A stretch of 64,000 bases of DNA from a virus. Numbering within the stretch: position 1 is the first letter of the stretch; each line of letters begins with the position of its first letter. Positions 29,031 to 38,400 of this stretch are shown here, in pieces. The notes under the pieces are model-generated. The model searched no databases. It had not been told where the DNA came from and worked only from the letters and a program-made list of their open reading frames with translations. A program made the position numbers and the translations under genes. The stretch covers positions 37,905 through 101,904 of IMG/VR virus record IMGVR_UViG_3300027852_000033. One strand, given 5' to 3'.

Positions 29031-29045
29031 TGCCTAAATCTAGTG
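28878..29045 (+). ncRNA. Putative TnpB omega-RNA: scaffold overlapping the tnpB 3' end plus a flanking guide
   Basis: Hairpins CCGCA-AGTTC-TGCGG and TGATA-GTAA-TATCA (GNRA loop) in the region encoding TASSAGINASGE, where omega-RNAs are normally encoded. Boundaries are estimates. Confidence 0.55.
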
Positions 29046-32000
29046 ACCCATCGGATATCAACAATAGTGTAAATGGGTTTAACATTACAAAATGTAGTGT
29101 AACAGAAGAAATAACACTATTTTTAGTTTTTCCAAACTTATCATATGGGATTATGGCAAATACATATGCCAAAAGTAACGATAGTACTAAAGATGTTAAA
29201 GGTAATAAAGAAGCTTCTCGCACAGTAGTGAACCCAACAAGTAACTATACCTATGATATTAACGATATTCCAATTGTAGATAAAGGCGCAGGATTAACTA
29301 CTACTATAATTGGAACTGAAACATTTTATATAGGGGCAGGAATAGGTAAAGAATTCTTTCTTACAAGTATGCCAATAAATAGTATATGTGCAAAGGCAAT
29401 TGTAACCGATCCTGCACTCTCTATTCCTATTCCACTAAAGATAGACCCATTGGTAGAAAATGAAGAAGTAGAAGCTATCAGAACCGCCGATAATTCTGTG
29501 TCTTTACAATGGGCACTATTGTCAATGGCTATGCAAGTAGTACAATCAAATCCGGGAACTGATATTAAGGGTAAAACCGGGGACGCTATAGTAACCGAAA
29601 TTATGCGGCTCGCTAGTAGTATGTCAAGTTATGATGGCTTTAAATGGACAGGGAATAGCGCCGATGATAATAGAGTAGAATTTTCTCATTTGGGATACCC
29701 TCTCGATTCAACAAGCGAACAATCAGAAGAGGCAGGACAAGACACCTTGAGGACATTATTTCAAACAGGCATGTCTACTCCTCTTCTCAAAGATGTATTT
29801 TCAAAACCCTCGGTTATTATCTTACACTCAGGTCCATCTGGTCCAAGATTATACCATTCTTCAACATTATCAGATGCAATTATGCCAACATTTACTATAA
29901 TTGGTAGAGATACCCCTCCTAAAATCGAATTTAGTAGTGTTATAAAATTACTTGATGTAGATGATATATCTGCAATACCGAATTGGTCAGAAAATATGGA
30001 AGCAGCAGAAGCTGCAGCTAAAGGTATATCTTCAGAAGAATTTGCAATACTATCAAATTCAGATAATAGTGTTGAACATATATTCCCATCAAGTCTTATA
30101 GTACCAATAGAAAATGGGGGATCAACTTTTAGACAATATAATGAGGGAACAGGATTACCAGAGGATAGAGATTATACTTTGATTACCCCTAGACCACCGG
30201 TATTTACTGCCGGTGAATATATGATAACTGCCGATAATAGCCCATTTATACCTATAACAAATTCATATTTTTATCCAATAGTAAAACATAAACCATATAC
30301 TTATGAAAATTGTAGAGTTTGTGGGGGGACTAAATCCCTTGGTTTTGAAACTTGTCTAACTTGTATAGAAAATCCAGGATATGTGAAAAATGATCAAGGA
30401 GATTATATAATTTGTCCTAACTGTATTGGGACCGGAATAGGTAAATTTATAGTTTGTCCAGTATGTAACTCGGAAAAGAAAAGTTATGTTTATAAGTGTG
30501 GTACCTGTGGGCATGACCTTGGGGAACAAATATTACTAAAAACACCGGATGATAATAATCCTAGATATGAACTTAAGACTGAAAATGGTGAAAATATACT
30601 TTATGTATATTTAAACAAGATTATTAAAACAACAGATATTATTATATACATGAACAATACCTATGTTCCAAACATTGCACAATTATATGATGATGCTTTT
30701 GTAGAAATATATACCATAAATGGAAATGTTATTAAATTTAATTACATGATAACGGGATATCCCGGATATAATGCAGGTAATTTACCAGATACTATAAATA
30801 GTATAGAAGTATATGAATCCGGGCCGGCTATGCAAACTTGTGAAGAATGTAAAATAGAAGTTAGCGATGTCAATTACCGACTTGGTTATGTTTTTAGTCC
30901 TACCGTTCCGGTAACAAGTTCACCAGATGTAACTGAATATATAACTGAATTATCAGATGTTCTTAACTTATCATATCGGTATCCTGATAATAATACTACG
31001 CCAGCAAAAGAAGGATTTAATTTACTTGGCTCGGCTTTATATATGTACAACGAGATTATAGTAAAGGCTCGTCCTTCTCTCAAATATATAGCCGGCCACG
31101 TTATCGATAAATGGAATACTATTGATAAAGAAAGTGTAGAAAATATAGTTTCTTCTACAATAGTATTACCAATATCAGGTACTGAAGTATCATCATGGGA
31201 AGAAACAAGTAAAAAACCTTGGCTACCTTGGAGAGGTGCGGCATGGGAGAGTAATGATAGTTTTTGGGATGACTATAATCCTGAAAATCATATAATGTTA
31301 TTGTCTAATCTTGAATATATAGGACAATCCATCCCAAGTGAATTGTCTATATTTGAGATGCCCCAAGCAACTGGATTAGCTGAGGAACAAAGCAAAGATT
31401 ATTTAGACAATATGATATCTAACTGTATTCCCTCTGGTTATGCTACAGTTATTAACAAAGATAATATACACAAAGTTTCAACCATAAGAGAAGTTACTTA
31501 TATAACTAATAACAATAGTAGTGGAAAATCGGTAGCTACTGATGGTATATCATTGGATAAAGAGGAAAAGATAGTTGCAGATACTATAAGCCCGATACAA
31601 CAATCTATACCTTTAAGTGTAGAAACTGGGGGGACAATCAAGGTAGGGGATTTTTTGAACGGTTTAATTAGTATACAGAATAAAGATAGTATATTAGCTA
31701 TTCAACAATTATTGCATACCCTACCAGAAATTGCGCGTGGTATTTCTAATATGGTAAAACAAACGTCAATAATAGTAAAAAATAATAAAGTAGTACCTAC
31801 TCCGGTATGGGAAGAAAGTGCCTCACCTATCATTACTACTTCATTTATGTGTATAACAGAGATGATGGATGAGATAACTACTAATTTTGATATTGGTGGT
31901 AGTGACAAAGAATATGGAGTTATAGAAAATTCATTGAAAGCTATAATAAATGATGAAAAACCTGTAGAATCTATTGTAGAATCAATAGATGTCATATTAG

Positions 32001-34045
32001 ATTTTGTTAATGATGTTATATTTTATTCTAAATTATGTCGTGACATAACTATGTATCGTAATAATGATAATAATGGCACGGTATTTCACTCTTATATAGA
32101 TAATGATATATCCCATGAGATAGAAATTGTAGATAGTTCTATGATATACGGAACATGGTTTTATAATATTAGAAAAACATATTTACTATGGATTAGTGCT
32201 TTTTCATTACTTGAAGCCATGGCTATACAAATATATAGTATTGCATGTTCATTCAAATATACTTTTTCAGCATTACCAGTAGTAGATGCAGAAAGCGGAG
32301 ATATTCCAACTCGTAAACTTGATATTGCATTATTCATAGCCGGCGATGATAAATGTCATCCAATAGTTGAATCATCTATAGAATTAACTGATACTTTAAA
32401 AAATGCAACATTAGGTATATGCCAAATCGCCGATATATTTGGCAGTAACACACTCCATTACGATATAGAAGGAAAGGTTCCAACTTTAGTAGACAGTGTT
32501 GCCGAAACTATCCCGTTAGTTGGGATGGGAGCAGCAGATAATTCAGAATTTGATGATCAACATGAACAGTTCTTTGTCACTACTGGAGAGCTTGCAAAAG
32601 AACCATATTCTACTATTATGCCGGTATTCGATACGAATTTTGACTATCTGCGAAATAGTATATCCACCAAGGATTTTATGATACGAGAAAGTGGTGAATT
32701 AAGATATATATCTAATGATGGTAATAGTATAAATAGTATAACCATGACAGAAGGGGACTATCCTAAAATATTTAATTCGATAACCAATGGTGGAAAGGTT
32801 ACTATAAATAGGATAGAGAGTGAAGATTTTACAGGTAAGATTAATTGTTCTATGGTTCTTCCATATCTCAGTAATATTAGACAAACACTTAGTCCTTCCT
32901 CTCCTATTGATGTAGATTTTAAAAGCGGCCAGCCTGATACAGTAGATATAACATGGACATATAATAATTTAGTATCGAGTCTCGACTCAATAATGACAAA
33001 TAAGACTAATGCAATGTTATCTATGGATAAAGTATCTGCAGAAATCAAAGGAATACTAAGTAACAAAACTGTACTTGATTTATTATACAATAACCCAGGT
33101 ACAATAAAATTTAACATACCTTTCCTTGGATTTGCAGATGCTAGTATTTCAACTACAAACAATATGTGCGAATCAGCTTTAATGGCATATGTATTCCACG
33201 CACTTGGATTTACTTTGAGGCCCGAGTTTTTATCAGGCGGTATAGTGAATAAACAAACTGTAGCACAAAGTATAGGTAATTTATTATGGTACAATGGTAC
33301 TTTTTCAAATCCAGAATGGGCATTGAATTATAATCTATTTCTATCGAAAAGGAGAGCATATATTGTAGCACTATATATTATATATAAATTATCTGAGATT
33401 CCATGGCAAGTAGGGGAATATGAAGTAAGTATATCTACAACCCCTGGGAGTGGGCCCGATTATGCTACAAAAGTATTTAATTGTTATGGGTTTGGAGCGA
33501 TGTTTGGTAGTGCAGCATATACTGCAGATGGCAGAGCCAATAATATCGTAAAAGGACAAAGAACAACATATATATCAAAAATGATACCCACTCTTGGTAT
33601 ATTACCTGTAACCGGAATATCAAATATGAGCATACATTTAACTGCGCCTATTGGTAGAGATATAACCGGCGATATAGGTTGTATGTCTATTATTGAGAAT
33701 AATACTATATATAGTCCGGTTACAAAAGATAAGGAATATAATACCTTTGTTTCTTATAACAAAGATAATAATGATATAATAGGATTATATAATAATGCGG
33801 CCGAAGCATTATTGGTTGGAGGGGAAAATGCAATAACTAATACAGGGAAAAATATATCAGATATGGTATTACTTTATGCTAATGGGAAATACCCGGCATC
33901 TAAGCGAGTAAGACTTAGTATAGGTGAATTTATATCGGGCGCGTTTAACCAATTATCTCCGGTATATCTCGCTAATAATATATCACCTTTTAAAACAACT
34001 ACTTCAATATTAGATGATTTTTATCTAAATATACATAAGATTTAA
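29027..34045 (+). CDS. Large putative virion protein with an internal multi-CxxC zinc-finger region
   Basis: 1672 aa in the tail operon; CRVCGG, CLTC, CPNCIGTG, CPVC, CGTCG clustered at about 30310-30510, and CEEC further on. Confidence 0.7.
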   Translation: MMPKSSDPSDINNSVNGFNITKCSVTEEITLFLVFPNLSYGIMANTYAKSNDSTKDVKGNKEASRTVVNPTSNYTYDINDIPIVDKGAGLTTTIIGTETFYIGAGIGKEFFLTSMPINSICAKAIVTDPALSIPIPLKIDPLVENEEVEAIRTADNSVSLQWALLSMAMQVVQSNPGTDIKGKTGDAIVTEIMRLASSMSSYDGFKWTGNSADDNRVEFSHLGYPLDSTSEQSEEAGQDTLRTLFQTGMSTPLLKDVFSKPSVIILHSGPSGPRLYHSSTLSDAIMPTFTIIGRDTPPKIEFSSVIKLLDVDDISAIPNWSENMEAAEAAAKGISSEEFAILSNSDNSVEHIFPSSLIVPIENGGSTFRQYNEGTGLPEDRDYTLITPRPPVFTAGEYMITADNSPFIPITNSYFYPIVKHKPYTYENCRVCGGTKSLGFETCLTCIENPGYVKNDQGDYIICPNCIGTGIGKFIVCPVCNSEKKSYVYKCGTCGHDLGEQILLKTPDDNNPRYELKTENGENILYVYLNKIIKTTDIIIYMNNTYVPNIAQLYDDAFVEIYTINGNVIKFNYMITGYPGYNAGNLPDTINSIEVYESGPAMQTCEECKIEVSDVNYRLGYVFSPTVPVTSSPDVTEYITELSDVLNLSYRYPDNNTTPAKEGFNLLGSALYMYNEIIVKARPSLKYIAGHVIDKWNTIDKESVENIVSSTIVLPISGTEVSSWEETSKKPWLPWRGAAWESNDSFWDDYNPENHIMLLSNLEYIGQSIPSELSIFEMPQATGLAEEQSKDYLDNMISNCIPSGYATVINKDNIHKVSTIREVTYITNNNSSGKSVATDGISLDKEEKIVADTISPIQQSIPLSVETGGTIKVGDFLNGLISIQNKDSILAIQQLLHTLPEIARGISNMVKQTSIIVKNNKVVPTPVWEESASPIITTSFMCITEMMDEITTNFDIGGSDKEYGVIENSLKAIINDEKPVESIVESIDVILDFVNDVIFYSKLCRDITMYRNNDNNGTVFHSYIDNDISHEIEIVDSSMIYGTWFYNIRKTYLLWISAFSLLEAMAIQIYSIACSFKYTFSALPVVDAESGDIPTRKLDIALFIAGDDKCHPIVESSIELTDTLKNATLGICQIADIFGSNTLHYDIEGKVPTLVDSVAETIPLVGMGAADNSEFDDQHEQFFVTTGELAKEPYSTIMPVFDTNFDYLRNSISTKDFMIRESGELRYISNDGNSINSITMTEGDYPKIFNSITNGGKVTINRIESEDFTGKINCSMVLPYLSNIRQTLSPSSPIDVDFKSGQPDTVDITWTYNNLVSSLDSIMTNKTNAMLSMDKVSAEIKGILSNKTVLDLLYNNPGTIKFNIPFLGFADASISTTNNMCESALMAYVFHALGFTLRPEFLSGGIVNKQTVAQSIGNLLWYNGTFSNPEWALNYNLFLSKRRAYIVALYIIYKLSEIPWQVGEYEVSISTTPGSGPDYATKVFNCYGFGAMFGSAAYTADGRANNIVKGQRTTYISKMIPTLGILPVTGISNMSIHLTAPIGRDITGDIGCMSIIENNTIYSPVTKDKEYNTFVSYNKDNNDIIGLYNNAAEALLVGGENAITNTGKNISDMVLLYANGKYPASKRVRLSIGEFISGAFNQLSPVYLANNISPFKTTTSILDDFYLNIHKI

Positions 34046-34069
34046 AAAAAACAGGAAGGAGAAAAGGAC

Positions 34070-34582
34070 ATGGGGAACGAACAAAATGTAGAGATTCAAG
34101 AATCAGATAATATTCAGGACAATCAGATATATGATATTGAACCAACAACTGACAGTGGGTTAACTACAGATCAAATAATATCTATAACTGATAAAGTTAA
34201 AGAGCAATATAAAAATAATAAAATATTCAGAATAATTGTACCATACATTGGTATCTATTTTATAAAAGCTCAGAACTATTCTGATGTATTAGAAGCTAAT
34301 CGGTTGGTTATGATATTTATAGACAGTAAAATAGAATCGGTTGGTGGGAATACTGAAATAGATAAATTACCTGATGAAAACAGGAATAAATTCATGAGAG
34401 AATTAGATGAAGAAATTAGTGATTTATCTAATAAAGAAACTCTCAAGAGATGTGTAGTATATCCTGATAATTTTCCGGAAAAAGTAGACGCGGGTAATAT
34501 AGAATCTGGTTTAATGTCTTTACTACTTGAAAAAATAATGGACATATCGGGATGGGTAGATCCGATAGTCGAAGAAATATAA
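34070..34582 (+). CDS. Putative tail assembly chaperone
   Basis: 170 aa acidic protein, AGGAG RBS; LKRCVVYP...SGLMSLLLEKIMDISGW; two genes upstream of the tape measure gene. Confidence 0.6.
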   Translation: MGNEQNVEIQESDNIQDNQIYDIEPTTDSGLTTDQIISITDKVKEQYKNNKIFRIIVPYIGIYFIKAQNYSDVLEANRLVMIFIDSKIESVGGNTEIDKLPDENRNKFMRELDEEISDLSNKETLKRCVVYPDNFPEKVDAGNIESGLMSLLLEKIMDISGWVDPIVEEI

Positions 34583-34591
34583 GGTATATCA

Positions 34592-35419
34592 GTGAAAGAG
34601 TATGGAATAAGTATAACCGGTACAGGCGGTGAGAAAATTACAGTATATTTTGTCCCAATGACATATATGGATTGGAAATCATACTCGTCATTTTCCAATA
34701 GGTATGAATTACCAAATGTACGATATCTTATTCGACAATATGTTATTAGAGCATACAAAATAACTGATAGTCAAGAGGAGGTAGAAATATCATTTAAAGA
34801 TATTATGGAGTTACCCCCTACCCCTATCAATAAAATTATTGATATGATGTTTGATAAAGCAGGGTTTGGATCGTTAGATCTTGTACGGAAAGAAATAGAA
34901 GAGGCAGAGCAACAGAGTATGACTCTTATAGGCATATATGATAGGTTTATTCTTATGCATGGTGGTATAGAAATGTATATGTCTATGCTTGAACAAAACG
35001 TGCATGTTAGAGCAAATGTAATTTCGGCGATGGAGTTAATTACAGATGTTAAAGTAGCGGATAGATTTGATGATTCTTTAGAATATGAGATACCTATCGA
35101 CATAATAACCCCTAAAGATAAGTATGATAATATGATAAGGAGACGTAATAAAGGCCAACATGTCCCGGTTCCGCGTCAAAATCTTGATCGATCTGTTGAT
35201 AGTGAGAAAGGCAATAGTGAATCTCCCACCGATATGACAGAGTTAGTTGAACTATCTAGAACAATGTTATCTAAACAATTAACAGCAGACAAAGGAAATA
35301 GATCCAAACGAAAGGTTGCATTTGACTGGATGAGAGATGAACAAGACTATGTAACACACTCAAACAGAGAAGAACGTGATATCCTAAATACTAAACTACC
35401 ATCTAACTCCGAGGGTTAA
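34592..35419 (+). CDS. Putative second tail assembly chaperone
   Basis: 275 aa, GTG start; ELPPTPINKIIDMMFDKAGF echoes the C-terminus of the previous gene; directly upstream of the tape measure gene. Confidence 0.55.
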   Translation: MKEYGISITGTGGEKITVYFVPMTYMDWKSYSSFSNRYELPNVRYLIRQYVIRAYKITDSQEEVEISFKDIMELPPTPINKIIDMMFDKAGFGSLDLVRKEIEEAEQQSMTLIGIYDRFILMHGGIEMYMSMLEQNVHVRANVISAMELITDVKVADRFDDSLEYEIPIDIITPKDKYDNMIRRRNKGQHVPVPRQNLDRSVDSEKGNSESPTDMTELVELSRTMLSKQLTADKGNRSKRKVAFDWMRDEQDYVTHSNREERDILNTKLPSNSEG

Positions 35420-35423
35420 TTTT

Positions 35424-38400
35424 ATGATAGGCGGCATTCTAGGCTTTGCTACTTCAATGGTAGCATGGCAAGCTACAGCTATGGCGGTTAAGGAAGGTGC
35501 AAAATGGGCAGCATCTACCGCCAGAAGATCTATTGTAAAATACGCCAGGTATGCAGAATCGGCTCGTAATACTAGAGGTACTAGAACTGCGAGGCATATT
35601 TTTGATAGAGTTAGTAAAGTTGAACCAAGACTAGGTTCAAGAAATTTAACTGAACAAACCATTCGTACCACAACTGCTGCATATAGAAACAGAATGAGTG
35701 CCGCAGTTCGTCGTAGAGTATTATCCAAACAAACTCCAAAAGTTAGAAAAGCACTTACTGTAACCGGAAAAGCAATAGGCGATGAAATATCGGTTCTTCC
35801 GGCTACTTATGTAATGTATAGATTAGAAAAACATACTGCAGTAAGTCCTGAAGAAAAAGAAACCACTGCATCATTTTCTAAGTGGTATCTTGGGGCACCG
35901 ATGGCTTTTTCTATAGGTATAAATGCTGCTTTAAGAGCAAAACAAAAAGGTACGGTGAAACGTACAACAATGAAAGTAGCTAAAAAATATAGTCGACAAA
36001 CCAGATCGGTGGTTAAGACAGGAATGCGTGGGTTAAAACATATTTCTTCCGAGCATAAATATAATATAGCTGATAAAGCAATTGCATTATCTAGAGCACG
36101 AAGAATGACTACTGAAAATAGAGGACTTTTATCATTGGTAGGTTCCCGTAGGCCCAGTGATATATATAAGCATATAAAGAATCATTACAAAGAAGAACTC
36201 CCAAGAGTAAAACACCTTAGAGAACACCGGCTTACAGCTATAGATAAACAAATGGATAAGTTACATGAAACAATAGTTGAGATGAGAGCTGGTAAAAAAT
36301 ACAGTACAATAGAACCTGCAGAGAAAAAACAATACTCTAGTGAGACTAGGGAAGTTATGCGACAGGTTAGATCTATAGGATATCAAAACTATGAAAAGGA
36401 GGTTAACAAACGAAGCAGGATTTTAAACTTTGTAAATGAAGTTCTTGAAAATGCAGGCAGTACTGATTTGCAGATACGTAGAAAAACAGCGCGTAGATCG
36501 ACACAGAGTGGAACTAAAGATATGCCATTAGATCCTAGTTTATATAGTTATAGAGGTGAAGATTTCGACATGGGGAATCTTAGTATGAGCAGTATAAAAG
36601 ATTCTTTGATAAAAAGAGCGGGAAAAGGCATTCCACAATTTGCATTATCATTATTTGGTCAGGGGGATATGATAAATTATCTTCATTCAGAACATGCCAT
36701 GGGTTCGGCATTTAGGATAGGTAGATCAGGAAGTCGAATATATTTTCCACATGCATTATCATCAGATCCTCTTCAAAGAGAGTCACCTTCCGATATAATT
36801 TTATCGATGATGGGTACAACTGCATCTACTGCTACTAGGGCGCAGAGAGATACCGCTAGTCAATTTCTTGATACCAGATATAAACTATATATGAAAGAAG
36901 GGATGTCAAGGGGCGCTGCATCTAATGCAATGAAAGTATCGGCTAATAGAGGAGAATTGTGGCTGGCTGCAGATGATATTTTATTACATAGCCCTGGTGG
37001 AAAAATGGGCATTATTAGTAAAAATAGCAAAGATAATAAACCTATGTTCATAAATATGGGAGGTGCACCAGGCGGTAAGATGTTAGATTACCTACAGTTT
37101 TCTAGTCAAACAAATAGTATTGGTTCAAAATTGTACAGAAATTGGCTTGGTTCGGAAAGATATGAATATTTTGACAAAATAGGTAAAGTAAATAGACATA
37201 TACAATTAGGCCCTACTCCTATAGAACGGATAAAAGACCAAGTAGAAGTATCAGGAACCATGGGTGGATTACGTAAAGTACTAAAGAAATTTGAGATTGG
37301 ATATTCCCAAGAGCAATCCATATTTTCAAAAGTGGCCGGGCTGATGAAAAAACATGGGGATCCCAGATATACTGGCACTTTATTTTCTAAAGACTATCTC
37401 CGAAGCGAGAGATGGATTGATGAAATGTTAAAGACTGATAGAAGCATAGAAGAATTTGGTAACATTATACGAGGGGAAGCCAAAGATGCTTCAGATTATT
37501 TTTGGCATAATATGATCAGGAAAGCAGGTGGGATGAAAAGAATGCGGCCAACTTTTAAGAAACATTCTGAAAATCTCCCGGTATCCATGAATGAATTTTT
37601 GATATATGATGATCAAACAGTTAGTCAAGCTAAAGCTAATATAGATTCACTACATGATTTTCTTATAGATATATCCACTGAGAAATCAGATAAACGTAGA
37701 TTATATAGCTGGTTAAGAGATGATATTAAAGAAGTAAAGATGATGCAGAGACGGTTTCATGATAATGACATACCAGACCAAAAATTATTTGACTTACTTG
37801 GAGATAAATTTGATACTAATTCTGTAACAATAGCGGGTAGAAATCGAAAACCTACAGCAATTGATAGTTATAACGCCACAGTATTTCGGATAACCACTGC
37901 AGTTATGCAATCTATTCCTGAAGAATTTGTAGCTCATAAATTTCCTAAACATATTTCAGGAGAAGGATATAGAGAACAGGTAACAAATGCTCTAGACCAA
38001 ATGTTTACTGATTCAGTATATAATGTTACAAAACAAAAGGAAAGGAGTGCATATGAAGTATCAAAAAGATTAGGTAAAGTTTATCAAGATATTAGTGGTA
38101 GCTTTTCAGAAATACATCCTGCAATTAGTGAAAATGATAGAGCAAAAATTGTAGGTAGTATAAAATCCTCCGTTCGTCATTTTATAGGCGATCATACTGA
38201 ACTTAAACCGGATATAGATTATGTGGTAGATTATCATAAAAGCAGGAAATTAAAATATTCTGCCGCGGCCCCTTGGAATTTTGATACTAGACCAAAAGTC
38301 GGCCAGCCTGATTACGATGAAATATTCCTGATGCCTAAAACTTGGAATACCGGCCCTATAAACAAAAGGCAAATAAAAGTCGGACCAGACCAGACTATAG

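Noticed and set aside
38329-38339. 11-nt match (TGATGCCTAAA) to the predicted TnpB guide
   Set aside because: Too short, misses the seed-proximal bases and is expected by chance in AT-rich sequence.
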